Below, piece by piece: positions 1 to 10,700 of a DNA stretch of 64,000 nucleotides (position 1 is the first letter of the stretch; each line of letters opens with the position of its first letter). The translations under genes were made by a program, and so were the position numbers. The notes beneath the pieces were generated by a model. It saw only the letters and a program-made list of their open reading frames with translations, was not told the DNA's origin and searched no databases. The stretch is from an uncultured Acidobacteriota bacterium (GTDB taxonomy: Bacteria; Acidobacteriota; Blastocatellia; RBC074): NCBI GenBank assembly GCA_963796275.1, contig CAWCKY010000004.1, forward strand, positions 1,152,001 through 1,216,000, read 5' to 3'.

Positions 1-758
1 AAGAGCTTCTGAGTCTCATCCGAATCCATCTATCTCGATGGTTCGGTGATCTACTCCTGCGCTCCATCATTGGCCTTCACCTTGGCAAAGGCGGCCGACA
101 GATTGGTCGCTGCGTAGACCTTATCAATCAGACTAAACCATTTGCCGCCCTTGATCCCTTTTTCAAGGGCAGTCAACATCCGTGCCGTCCAGACCGCAGG
201 TTCCGCCCACGCCCAGCGTCGAACTATTTCGACCTCGGCCTCGGCTTCTCCGACTTGTTTAGTCTTCTCAGACACTCTCGTCGGTTGAGTTCCTTTGGTT
301 TGCTCGCTCACGTCTCCACCTTCCTGTGCGCCCTTCACTCCGGCCCCATTACGGGCCTTCATCGCTACCTATGGGCACTCTGACTCCTCCGGGGGCGGTT
401 CTTCGGTGTCGATGCACATGAACTCCGTCTCGTTATCCCCGAAGGTCTCCCTGATTCACGCGTCTGACCTTCCTGATCATTCCGTCTCCACGCACCTGGT
501 AGGCCCCGGTCGTCGCTTTATCACGCTACCCCTCAGCGCGACCGATTTCCGGTCTTCCCGGTCGAGGCTTCGCCATCGAAAGGCAGGCTCGCCGACCATA
601 CCCGGCCGAATCGAGTTGGTTATCCTACGGACTGATCGTTCACCTCCTGTTGCTCCCCACCCCGCCTCGTGGCGGCGCAATTACACTCGGTTACAGGCCG
701 GAGAGCGTATGCCTGGAGAGGACTTTCACCCCTCTGATCAACGCGCTTTCAGGCGCAC
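1..758 (-). mobile_element. Group II intron (5' part; runs off the left edge), with a degenerate RT ORF
   Basis: Minus strand begins GTGCGCCTGAAAGCGCG at 758 (GUGYG consensus), followed by a structured leader and an intron RT N-terminus. Domains V/VI are not in the window. Confidence 0.85.
5..362 (-). pseudogene. Group II intron RT/maturase remnant (frameshifted, RT core apparently deleted)
   Basis: KWFSLIDKVY...AFAKVKANDGA, then AGVDHRTIE in a shifted frame (60-34), then DRWIRMRLRS (34-5), which resembles the maturase domain X motif. Confidence 0.75.
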
Positions 759-763
759 CTATC

Positions 764-778
764 GCCCGCTTCGCGGGC
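764..778. repeat. Short GC-rich REP-like hairpin immediately 5' of the intron
   Basis: GCCCGC-TTC-GCGGGC palindrome, 5 nt from the intron 5' end. Confidence 0.6.
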
Positions 779-847
779 TACAGCAATATATCAAAAATCT
801 TAATTTACAGAGTACTGATTAGTCTGTAACTTAAGTTGTCTTGTATT

Positions 848-1560
848 CTAGATTATCAGCAAAACATGCTGATAATGCTTATGCATCTTGCTTCTGGCAG
901 TTTCGATGGAGAACTGCCAATTGATTTTGATCTGCTTTTCGCTGCGTTCTTTGACAAGCGCTAAAACTTGTTTCTCTAATTGCTGGATGGTCGGAATCCG
1001 CCGATCCAAACACTGGCGCGCCAGCGCCGAGAATTCACATTCGATCATGTTCAACCAACTAGCTGACTTGGGCGTGTAGTGAAACTCGAAGCGTTGCGAA
1101 AGGGCGAAGGCTTGGGCCACCGGAAAATGTTGGTAAAAAGCACTCGTCGTGTGCGTACTTAAATTGTCCTGCACTAACCGAATCTTGATCGCCTCCGGAT
1201 AGTTGGTGGCCAGTTCTTTGAGAAACAGCGCATACTCTCGCATGGTGCGTCGTGGCTCCACGCGCGCCAGGCGTTGACCTGTTAAAGGCTCAATCGCCGC
1301 AAGCAAACTGCACGATCCCTCTTTTTTATAGGCGTAATGCTCCTTGCGGACTTGACCACTTTGCATCCCAAGCGGCTCAACTACTTCCCCAATCAGGAAA
1401 CACGGCCGTTCATCGAAGCAAATGACTGGGTATTGCGGATCGTAAGGTTGACCATAGAGCCATAAGAGTTTTCCATCCGTGCGATAAACTCGCCATTGAT
1501 TCGGCCAATGCACCAGGGAGGTCTGCTTGAGATGCGGCTTCAACTCGTTTTTTTGAGAAT
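848..1560 (-). CDS. IS630 transposase orfB (DDE), with local compensating indels
   Basis: CFDERP, VQDNLSTH and TPKSASWLNMIECEF motifs. The expected WCIGRINGEFIARME segment lies in another frame at about 1470-1518. Confidence 0.85.
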
Positions 1561-2001
1561 CCGGCCGACGTGGGTATGCGAAATCTCTTCGCAATATTCC
1601 GCCTCGACCACCTTCTCGGCGAGCAAGCGCAGGCTCCACTTGGCGTGTCCTTCTGGCGTCTCGCTACAGGCTAAAGCCGTGATTTTGGCTCGCAGCTTGC
1701 CGTCGATCTCCGGCGGGCGCCCCGACCGCGGGGCATCTTCCAGGCACTTCAAGCCTTGCTTTTTGTAGCCATCGCGCCAGGCCGCGACCGTTACGTAGCT
1801 AACTCCTAAGGTCTCTGCCACGGCGGTTAGCGTTTTGCCGCGATCAAGTTCGAGTAACCCGGTGGCACGCTTGAACGTTTTGGCCGGTAGTTTTCCCTTG
1901 GAGATCAGAGACTCCAAGTAGGCTCGGTCCTTGGCGCTTAATTTAACGTGCCGTTTTTTCATCTCCTCATTATCAGGGAGATGCGTTAGATTATCAAACA
2001 A
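1540..2001 (-). CDS. IS630 transposase orfA (HTH; probable start MKKRH near 1962)
   Basis: LEDAPRSGRPP...ACSETPEGHAKWSLRLLA winged-HTH signature. Ends at an A7 slippery run (1548-1554), typical of -1 frameshifting in IS630. Confidence 0.85.
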   Translation of the reverse strand: MFDNLTHLPDNEEMKKRHVKLSAKDRAYLESLISKGKLPAKTFKRATGLLELDRGKTLTAVAETLGVSYVTVAAWRDGYKKQGLKCLEDAPRSGRPPEIDGKLRAKITALACSETPEGHAKWSLRLLAEKVVEAEYCEEISHTHVGRILKKTS

Positions 2002-2035
2002 CTTAAGTTACAGAGTACTAGATATGATATCCCAA

Positions 2036-2077
2036 TAAAAAATCGAGCATGGGTATCTGAAATCGATACCCATGCTC
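2036..2077 (-). terminator. Rho-independent terminator (minus strand)
   Basis: 13-bp stem GAGCATGGGTATC/GATACCCATGCTC followed by a U-tract on the minus strand. Confidence 0.8.
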
Positions 2078-2326
2078 AAAATGTGCAAGTTGTGTGTGTG
2101 TGCTTGAATTGTCGGTCAGTATAAAAAACCAACCGCAGACTCCGTAAAAGATCGTACAGTGTTCTCCCCTCCTCTACGCTCTTTTACGGCATCCGCGGCG
2201 TTCAATAACCCTTAAACAGGTAGTCCGAGTTCTGATGCTGAGGAAAAAAGCTATACAACCAGCGGCTCGCTTGATCGAGCCATGATTGCCCATCTCACTA
2301 TCGTCTATCGTTTCTATCGCTCTGTC
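2036..2326 (-). ncRNA. Candidate structured sRNA (or small-peptide mRNA) downstream of crp
   Basis: Lies between a putative CRP-dependent promoter and a terminator; internal hairpins at 2142-2189 and 2113-2135. Confidence 0.45.
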
Positions 2327-2332
2327 ACACGT

Positions 2333-2375
2333 AATATAGACTGAATTATGTTTTGCGCATGCGAAGACGGTCACA
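2333..2375 (-). promoter_or_regulatory. CRP-type box with class II promoter geometry
   Basis: TGCGA-AGACGG-TCACA (2360-2375), one mismatch to TGTGA-N6-TCACA. A -10-like TATATT on the minus strand at 2338-2333 puts the box centre at -41.5. Confidence 0.55.
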
Positions 2376-2522
2376 TGTGATGTGTGTGGTTGGTAACAGG
2401 AAAGAGATTCTCTGCCAAAATCACCAACAAAAAGATGAAAACACAAAGAACTAAAAACCTGAAGATATCTCTTTTTTGAGTCGTTGGAATTTTTGTGACT
2501 TGGCGGTGCTCTTCTTCCGCCC

Positions 2523-3224
2523 TTAGCACCTTCTGGCGAGAGCCTGCTGATCGTGGATTGTGATGCGGTAATTGCGGTCGATTGAGAGATAACCGCGCTC
2601 TTTATATGAAACTATCACCCTGTTGATATGTTCACGCGACGCACCGATCAAGGCGGCGATGTCGCCTTGCGTCAGGCGGATTCCCACGTACATATCGCCG
2701 TTCTCACATCGCTGCCCGTATTGTTCGGCAAATGCGAGTATCTGGCGAGCGACGCGCCCTTCGACCGATTGGGTAGCCAGTGTCTGGATCTTCTCGTTCG
2801 CGTGGCGCAGGCGAGTTGCCAGGATGCAGGCCAGGTTATATGCCAGCATCGGCATCGCCATCAGACACCGCTGAAAATTCTCCCGATCCATCCACAACAG
2901 GGTTGAACTTTCAATGGTGACCACGCTGGCCGAACGGATGGCCTGGCCGAGAGCGCTCATCTCACCGATGATTTCGCCCGGGCCGAGGATCGCGACTATC
3001 ACGTCCCCTCCGTCCTCCTGTTCGATGTGGACTTTGACTGTCCCGCTGATAATCAAATAAACAACTTCACCCGCCTGCTCGGCGGTCATCAATGTAGTAT
3101 TGGCCGAGAAGGATTTGCGATGAATTAACTGGTTCACCTCACGCAGATGTTCGGCCGGTAGATTCCGGAACAGCGGAATATCGAAATCATCCAAATCAAA
3201 TATTATTGATTCACCGGATTTCAT
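2523..3224 (-). CDS. Crp/Fnr-family transcriptional regulator
   Basis: cNMP domain (IGEMSAL...RSASV) plus C-terminal HTH LTQGDIAALIGASREHINR. Confidence 0.92.
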   Translation of the reverse strand: MKSGESIIFDLDDFDIPLFRNLPAEHLREVNQLIHRKSFSANTTLMTAEQAGEVVYLIISGTVKVHIEQEDGGDVIVAILGPGEIIGEMSALGQAIRSASVVTIESSTLLWMDRENFQRCLMAMPMLAYNLACILATRLRHANEKIQTLATQSVEGRVARQILAFAEQYGQRCENGDMYVGIRLTQGDIAALIGASREHINRVIVSYKERGYLSIDRNYRITIHDQQALARRC

Positions 3225-3597
3225 AAGCTTTTACAGGTCCTGTGCCGCGCGCCACATTAGAGCGCTTCTTTATAATAGCGCTTCATTATTATAATTCTAA
3301 CTGTTCCGAAAATCGTTCAGATTGGGAAAGTCCTGTTGAGGCAGATTCGAATGTATCACAGGCCCGTGAGATTTGAAAATTTGAGATCTGATATCTGTCC
3401 CTTTTCCTCCCGACCTCTCTAATCCCTAACGGAGCAAGTCATTTCAAAGCTTGAACTTTCACCCCCGCTCTGTTACTTTACTATTAAATTTAATCAGGTC
3501 ATAAACACGCATGAGGGAAAATCATGAGTATGAGTCATGAATTTCATGAGACTATGATGGGAATAACTACTAAATCGGAAGGGGAAAAAACTTAGGA

Positions 3598-3867
3598 ATG
3601 TCTTTAGCAAAGGAAGCTAAACTAGATATCATTTCGGCGTACAAGACGCACGACACAGATACCGGTTCACCGGAAGTTCAGGTTGCGCTACTCACGCAGA
3701 GAATCAATGAACTTACCACGCATTTCAGAACTCACGCGAAGGACAATCATTCGCGCCGCGGACTGCTCAAATTGGTGAGTCAACGCCGCAGTCTTCTGGA
3801 TTATCTGAAACGTCGTGACATAAATCGTTACCACGATTTGATCCAGCGTCTAGGTTTAAGAAAATAA
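3598..3867 (+). CDS. rpsO: 30S ribosomal protein S15
   Basis: [13 protein letters not shown]...[13 protein letters not shown]; 89 aa; upstream of pnp. Confidence 0.98.
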   Translation: MSLAKEAKLDIISAYKTHDTDTGSPEVQVALLTQRINELTTHFRTHAKDNHSRRGLLKLVSQRRSLLDYLKRRDINRYHDLIQRLGLRK

Positions 3868-4104
3868 CATTGAAAAGAGCGAGCGGCGTCGGGAAATGTG
3901 ACGCCGCCTTCGTTGTGCAGCCGAACGTGACGGCACGAGATTCCCTATCCAACTGCGCGGCAGGCGGGTGGGCCCGCCTAGCAAGCGCGCCGGGAAAACG
4001 ACGATTTCATCCGACCATAGGAAATGAACCCCCGTTCTTCTATTCGGATGCCTCAGCGCCATCATCATTCCAGGCTGCCCGGATAAATTTACCGATGAAA
4101 ATTC

Positions 4105-4174
4105 AGATAGGATTTGGATTCTTCAAGATTCAACGCAGCCCACAAAATCCTGATAAATCCTGTAAATTCTGTCC
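4105..4174. repeat. ACAGGATT/AATCCTGT-type tandem-inverted repeat (also 26501-26572, 45777-45800, 63069-63150)
   Basis: Arms of (A)GGATTT and AAATCCTG units; three copies share a central TTCAAGATTC. Confidence 0.75.
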
Positions 4175-4331
4175 ATTTTTTGAGGACAGTCGTCCACCAC
4201 GCACGGACGACGCACTGAACAATGAAATTAGTTGCCGGTTTAAAGCTTACGGTTTCCAGTCGTTACTCCGTTTTCTGAATGTCTGAAAACTGAAAACTGG
4301 AACCCGGTCGCTAATTTCTGAGGAGACAAAG

Positions 4332-6444
4332 ATGTTTTTAAAACAAGCTATTAATTTAGGTGGCCGCGAGTTGACGATCGAAACCGGCCGAATTGCCAAA
4401 CAGGCAGATGGCGCGGTGCTCGTCAGACAGGGTGAAACCGTTGTACTGATCACCGCCGTTTCCGAACGCGAGCCCAAGGTGGGCTATAGTTTCTTCCCGC
4501 TGACCGTCGATTACCGGGAATATGGCTACGCCGCGGGACGAATTCCAGGCGGATACTTCAAGCGGGAAGGACGGCCGACCGAAAGAGAGATTTTGACGTC
4601 ACGATTGACCGATCGCCCCATCCGCCCGCTATTTCCCGAAGGGTACCAGCACGAGACGCAGATCATAGCGATGGTCATCTCCGCCGATGACGAAAACGAC
4701 CCGGATGTTCTTGCGATCACCGGGGCGTCGGCCGCTCTCTACCTCTCGGATATTCCCTTCCATAATCCGATCGCCGGCGTACGCGTCGGTCTGGTTGAAG
4801 GCAAATATGTCGTAAATCCGACCTATGAACAGCAACGCAATTCGCTGCTCAATCTTATCGTCGCCGGAAGCGAGGAAGCGATAGTGATGGTAGAGGCGGG
4901 CGCGAAGGAGGTCAGCGAACAGGTCATGCTCGAGGCGTTGATGTTCGCCCACGGCGAGATCAAAAAACTCTGCCAGCTGCAGCGCTCGATGAACGAGGCG
5001 CTCGAAGTCCGGAAGCGCGAGTTTACGCCGAAACAGATCAATGAAGAGCTCTTTAAAGATTTGGAAGAGAGGTTCTCCGCCGAACTGCGTGAGGCCCTCG
5101 ATGTCTCGAACAAGCCGAAGATCGAGAGCTATCAGATGATCGACGACCTCAAGAAACGAGCCGTCGAAACCTACCCCGATGAGGAAGCGGAGAAACGCGC
5201 CGAGGCGGGGGACCTCTTCGACCGGTTGAAAGAGCGCATCTTCCGCGATGATATTTTGAACAATCGCCGGCGCCCCGATGGCCGCAGGTTCTCGGAGATC
5301 CGTCCGATCTCGATCGAGGCCGGCTGGCTGCCGCGTACGCACGGTTCGGCTCTATTCACGCGCGGCGAGACGCAGGCCATGGTCACTGTTACTCTCGGCA
5401 CATCGCAGGACGTCCAGTATATCGACAGTCTGGAGAGCGGCGAATACAAACGCCGGTTCATGCTCGAACTACAATTTTCCGCCCTTCTCCGTCGGCGAAA
5501 CCGGACGGATGGGCAGTCCCGGCCGGCGCGAGATCGGCCACGGTGCGCTCGCGCAGCGCGCGCTCGAGGGCGTGACTCCGCACGAGGACGAATGGCCTTA
5601 TACAGTGCGCATCGTCTCTGACATCACCGAATCGAACGGATCGTCTTCGATGGCGACCGTCTGCGGCGGATCGCTCGCACTGATGGATGCCGGTGTTCCG
5701 ATCAGATCGGCTGTCGCCGGGGTCGCGATGGGCCTGGTTATGGAGGAAAAAAAGTTCGCCGTCCTGACCGACATCGCGGGAGCAGAAGATCACTACGGTG
5801 ACATGGACTTCAAGGTCGCCGGCACGCGCGACGGCATCACCGCCTTGCAGATGGACATCAAGGTCACGGGGTTGAACTCGCAGATTCTCGCCGATGCGCT
5901 GGAACAGGCGCGTAAAGGGCGCATCTACATCCTGGATAAAATGGAAGAGATCATCAGGGAGCCGCGTCCGGAGATCAGCAAATATGCGCCGCGCATCCTG
6001 ACCCTGCAAATCCCGGTCGACAAGATTCGCGACGTCATCGGGCCAGGCGGCAAGGTCATCCGGGGCATACAGGAAAAGACCGGGGCGAAAATCGACGTAT
6101 CTGATGATGGCAAGATCGCGATAGCGACGCCGAGCGGTGAAGCCGCCGACCTCGCGCTGCAGATGATTCGCGACCTGACGGCCGAGGCCGAAATCGGCAA
6201 GTCATATCTCGGTACGGTATCTCGGATCGTCGATTTCGGCGCTTTCGTCGAGATATTCCCGGGCGTCGACGGATTGCTGCATGTCTCCGAGATCGCGGAC
6301 TACCGCGTGCGCGATGTTCGGGACGAATTGAAAGAAGGCCAGCAGATACTCGTCAAATGTATTGGCGTAGAGGGCAACAAAATCCGCCTCAGCCGGAGAG
6401 CCGTGCTGAAAGAGGAAAAGAAGGCCAGGGGCGGCAATCAATGA
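4332..6444 (+). CDS. pnp: Polyribonucleotide nucleotidyltransferase (PNPase), split by a one-base insertion near 5466
   Basis: RNase PH domains (RPIRPLFP; [10 protein letters not shown]; SNGSSSMA; GDMDFKVAG), KH and S1, spread over ORFs 4332-5621 and 5278-6444. Confidence 0.95.
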
Positions 6445-6448
6445 GATA

Positions 6449-6567
6449 GTTTTCAGTTTTCAGTTTTCAGTTTTCAGTTTTTGTTGCTGAAAGCTGAAAA
6501 CTGGAGACTGGAGATGGGAGACCCGGAAACTTAAAACTGAAAACTTAAGACTGAAAACTTAAAACTG
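6449..6567. repeat. Heptamer TTTTCAG/CTGAAAA tandem-inverted repeat (also 4283-4300, 35770-35884)
   Basis: Tandem TTTTCAG units followed by complementary (AAAACTG)n units. Confidence 0.85.
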
Positions 6568-6569
6568 TT

Positions 6570-7637
6570 ATGAGAATCAACTTCACCTTGATCGTGATTT
6601 TTTGCCTGTTGTTAACTGGTGCTTTCTATATTGCCAAACCGGCTCAGACGCAAACTCAACCAACCGCTGAACTCAAAGACGAGCACGAGCGCCATCTGAG
6701 CGGGATTAAACAGCTGACTTTCGAAGGTGAAAATGCCGAGGCATATTTTTCCAGCGATGGGAAGAAGCTTATCTTCCAGCGGGCCGCGAAGGCCGACGGA
6801 TGCGATCAAATTTTTTCTATTAATATCGACGGGTCTGATATGAAGATGCTGTCGAATGGCGATGGAAAGACGACCTGTGCCTATTTCACACCGGATAGCC
6901 AGTCCATCGTTTACGCCTCGACCTTCAAAGCTTCTCCGACGTGCCCGCCGAAACCCGACTACTCGCGCGGTTACGTCTGGTCGCTCTTTCCGGGCTTTGA
7001 GATTTATCGCGCGAAGACCGATGGATCGAACATCGAGCCGCTGACTAAAACCGAGCGATACGATGCCGAAGCTACAATCCGCAAAGACGGAACGATCGTA
7101 TTCACCAGCCTGCGCGATGGCGATCTCGATATCTATACGATGGATAAGAACGGAAACAATGTGAAACGGCTGACGAACGAACTCGGTTACGACGGCGGAC
7201 CGTTCTGGAGTTATGACGGTAAACAGATCGTCTATCGCGCGCATCATCCCGAGAGCGAAAAGGAGAAGACCGATTATCTCTCGTTGCTCAAGGAGAATAT
7301 GATCCGCCCGAGCAAACTCGATCTCTGGATAATGAGCGCTGACGGTTCGAATAAACGCCGGATCACAAAAAACGGGAAGGCAAACTTCGCACCGTACTTC
7401 TTCCCCGACGGCAAACGCATTATCTTCTCATCGAATATGGACGATCCGAAGAGCCGGAACTTCGAACTCTATTCGATCAATGTCGATGGGACCGGCCTCG
7501 AACGCCTCACTTTCAACGAAGTTTTTGACGGGTTCCCGATGTTCTCGCCCGACGGCAAGAAACTCGTCTTCTGCTCCAATCGCAATGCCGCGAAGATGGG
7601 CGATACGAATGTGTTTATTGCCGATTGGGTGAACTAA
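6570..7637 (+). CDS. TolB-like PD40-repeat beta-propeller protein, secreted
   Basis: Signal peptide; GENAEAYFSSDGKKLIFQ, YDGGPFWSYDGKQIVYRA and FDGFPMFSPDGKKLVF repeats. Confidence 0.88.
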   Translation: MRINFTLIVIFCLLLTGAFYIAKPAQTQTQPTAELKDEHERHLSGIKQLTFEGENAEAYFSSDGKKLIFQRAAKADGCDQIFSINIDGSDMKMLSNGDGKTTCAYFTPDSQSIVYASTFKASPTCPPKPDYSRGYVWSLFPGFEIYRAKTDGSNIEPLTKTERYDAEATIRKDGTIVFTSLRDGDLDIYTMDKNGNNVKRLTNELGYDGGPFWSYDGKQIVYRAHHPESEKEKTDYLSLLKENMIRPSKLDLWIMSADGSNKRRITKNGKANFAPYFFPDGKRIIFSSNMDDPKSRNFELYSINVDGTGLERLTFNEVFDGFPMFSPDGKKLVFCSNRNAAKMGDTNVFIADWVN

Positions 7638-7686
7638 CAAAAAGCTCGCAAAAAGCCGCAAAAATAGTTCATAGGCCCAAAAAGAA

Positions 7687-7721
7687 GAAAGGTGCAAAGT
7701 TTGATTCACTTTGCACCTTTT
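7687..7721. terminator. Bidirectional terminator between convergent genes
   Basis: AAAGGTGCAAAGT/ACTTTGCACCTTT stem. Confidence 0.75.
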
Positions 7722-7756
7722 CCATTTGCGCCCGTGCGGACTCGCGCGTATCCGAA

Positions 7757-10700
7757 TCAGAAGATGAACTTCAGCGCGAGCTGAATATTTCGGTGCTGTT
7801 CGGCATTACTGATATTGTCGAACAATCCGCCTCGCGTCACCTGAACTGCCGTGGTACTTCCGGCAATGTTATTAGTCCCGCCGGCGATGAAGAGGTTCGG
7901 GTGATTGAAGAGATTAAAGAATTCGGCGCGGAATTGCAGCCTCTTTGACTCCGTGACCTTGATATTGCGGAAGAAGCTGACATTCCATGTCTGGAACCCG
8001 GGTGCGCGGAAAGTGTTGCGCCCCAGCGTTCCAATGAAGGGCCCATTGACCGATAGCGACGGCGATAACCCGGTAAAATCGAGGTAATCGAACGTGCCGC
8101 CCTGATCTGCTGATGGGCTCAGCGTTGTCCCGGGAATAGTGCCAGTGGCGAGCGGACGAATCGCCTGCTGGCCATTGTTGTCAGCCTGACCCGTATCGAA
8201 GACCGTGAATGGAACTCCGGTGCGGAAACTGAGCACACCATTCATCGCCCATCCGTCGAAGGCCGTCTTGAGCATCCCATTGTTCAAGTTCTTCGCAAAC
8301 GGAATGTCCCAATTGAAGCTGGTGACGAAACGATGGCGGACGTCGAAATCGGCATCCCCCTTGTCAGCCGCCGGATTGAAGGCATCCTGTGATCCGAACA
8401 CACCCGCTCCGACTCGTGAAATTAAATATGAGTCGCCGAATGTCGACGACTGATTGTCAATCGCGTGTGACCAGGTGTATGACGCGCGGAACTGCAACCC
8501 GGCGCGCCTGATATAGCGGCTGTCAACGCTCGCCTGGAACGAATTGTAATTCGAATGACCATCGTTGGCCCGCAGGTTGAGGCTGCTGATAGTCGGGTTC
8601 AGGCGCTCTCCTTCGCGCCCCAGCAGTATTCCGCTCCCGGCACGATTGACGTTATTGAGCGAATAGAGCTTGATGCCGTTCGATCCGGCATAGGCCAGCG
8701 TGAAAACGAAGTTGTTTCTCAGTTCGTGTTGCACGTTGACATTCCAGACATTGGCATAAGCCGTCCGCATATTCTGATCCAACCCGCGAGCAGACGAAGT
8801 ATAGCTTTGTCCGGAAAGGCCCGCCAGAGCCGCGTATTGATCGACATTGGGCCTAATCAGCGCACCGTTGGCTTCACCGACAACGAGCACCGCATAATTA
8901 GGTGGATTCTGAATAACATTGAAGAGCACATTGCCAAAGTTGCGGTCGTAGAAGATGCCGTATCCGGCACGCAAAACGGTCTTGTTATTGCCGAACAGGT
9001 CATAAGCTACGCCGATCCGGGGAGCGAAGTTGTTGTAATCGGGCCGGTAAAACCGATTCTTCAGGTCGCCCGTCTGATTGATCGTCAGATCAAACCGGCC
9101 ATTCGCAACCTGTTCAATCAGATTGTCGCCCTCGCCGTAATAGAAGTTGGCATCGAGAGGCCGCTCGCTGCCGGGGCTGTAAAGGACGCCGAAGTATTCC
9201 CAACGCAGGCCGGCATTGATCGTCAACCGCGGCGTGATCTTGAATGTGTCTTCGGCGAACAATGCGGCCTCATTGTAATGGAAGTGGCGTGTAAAACTGG
9301 GCGCGGTGAAAGGCGCATTGAGCGCGTCGCCCGGAAACCTGCCACCCGGATCGACCGCGATCTGGTAGTCCTGAATATCTCCATCGATGAAGTCCTGAAC
9401 GGTGCCGAAATCGGCGACCGCATTCTGGAATGCTCCGAATGCCCGGTTATCACGGATGTGGATGTACTGACCGCCGAATTTGAGCGTGTGGTTGTTGACC
9501 TGCCAGGACAACGTCGAGAACCCCTGATAGAGGTTTTGCGGCCCGCCAAAGGGAATTGCGGCGGCGATCGTGCTGGCAGTCGCGAAATAACCCGGTAACA
9601 CGACATCACCATCAGTCTGTGAGGCGATCACCTCGTTGATGAAGAAGGTAGGTGAAACAGGTGCAGCGCCCAGCGGTTGATTTTCGAGCAAACGGTTATA
9701 GACGAACCTCGACTCCGTTACAATGCTGGGCGACCACGTCCGCGTCAATTGCAATGTGAAATTCTGATTACGTTCATTTACCGCCGTCGTGAACCCGCCA
9801 TACGGGCTGAAACTGTTCGTCCCCACCAGTCCATCGGCACGTTCGTAAGCATAGCGGCCGAAGAGCGATGTGCGATCACTGAATGCATGGTCGACGCGGC
9901 CGGTCCAGAGGAGAGTATTCTGCGGCAGGTCAGCACCGGCATCGCGCGGCAATGGCGACGACACGCGGCCGAAGAGCGGAGTATCGGGCGCAATTGCGCT
10001 GCCCGATGCAGACGTTAATCCCGTCAGACCGAGATCGGCGGCCGTAAGCGATCGACCCGTAATCGCCGGTGTCGGGGATTGGGTGAAGATGCTGTTTGTT
10101 TCAGCCGAAGAGGCGGCGAGCAATTGGGGAGTCGGCACGAAAAATCCCGTGTCGACGCTGCTGCGGATCTTCAACCATTCCGCTGAGCCGAAGAAGAATG
10201 TCTTGTTCTTGATCACGGGCCCGCCGCCAGACAATCCGAATTGGTTGCGGTTGAAAAATGCCTTCTCGAAATTATTGGCGTTGTTGAACGAATCGTTGGC
10301 CGCGAGCGCCGAATTGCGGTTGAATTCGTAGACGGTGCCATGAAAATCGTTCGTGCCTGATTTGGTGACGACGTTGGCCACGAAACCCGAACCGCGGCCA
10401 TATTCGGCCGTGTAGTTGTTGGTTTGGATGCGGAATTCCTGGATCGTATCGAGCGGCACCGTCATTCCTGGTCCGGTCGAAAACGTATCATTGTTCTCGC
10501 CGCCGTCGAGAATGAAGTTTCCCGATTGCGAACGCTGACCATTGATTGCAAATCCCTGCCCGCGCATGAAGCCCGTTCCCCGATCCGGCCCATCGGTCGC
10601 CCCGGCCGACAATGCCACCAGGTCGTATGGATTGCGGCTTAGGAGCGGCAAGTCTTTGACCTGGCGTTCAGTAACCACATTCGATAATTGAGCATTCTGT

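Larger units (their letters stand above)
820..2020 (-). mobile_element. IS630-family insertion sequence
   Basis: 17-bp inverted repeats TCTGTAACTTAAGTTGT (823-839) and ACAACTTAAGTTACAGA (1998-2014); TA at the outer end; HTH orfA plus DDE orfB. Confidence 0.9.

Noticed and set aside
51-362. Retron, DGR or defence RT system
   Set aside because: The sequence matches a group II intron RT N-terminus inside an intron RNA; no TR/VR pair or msr/msd seen.
5455-5475. Programmed frameshift in pnp
   Set aside because: No slippery heptamer, and it splits a conserved core motif.
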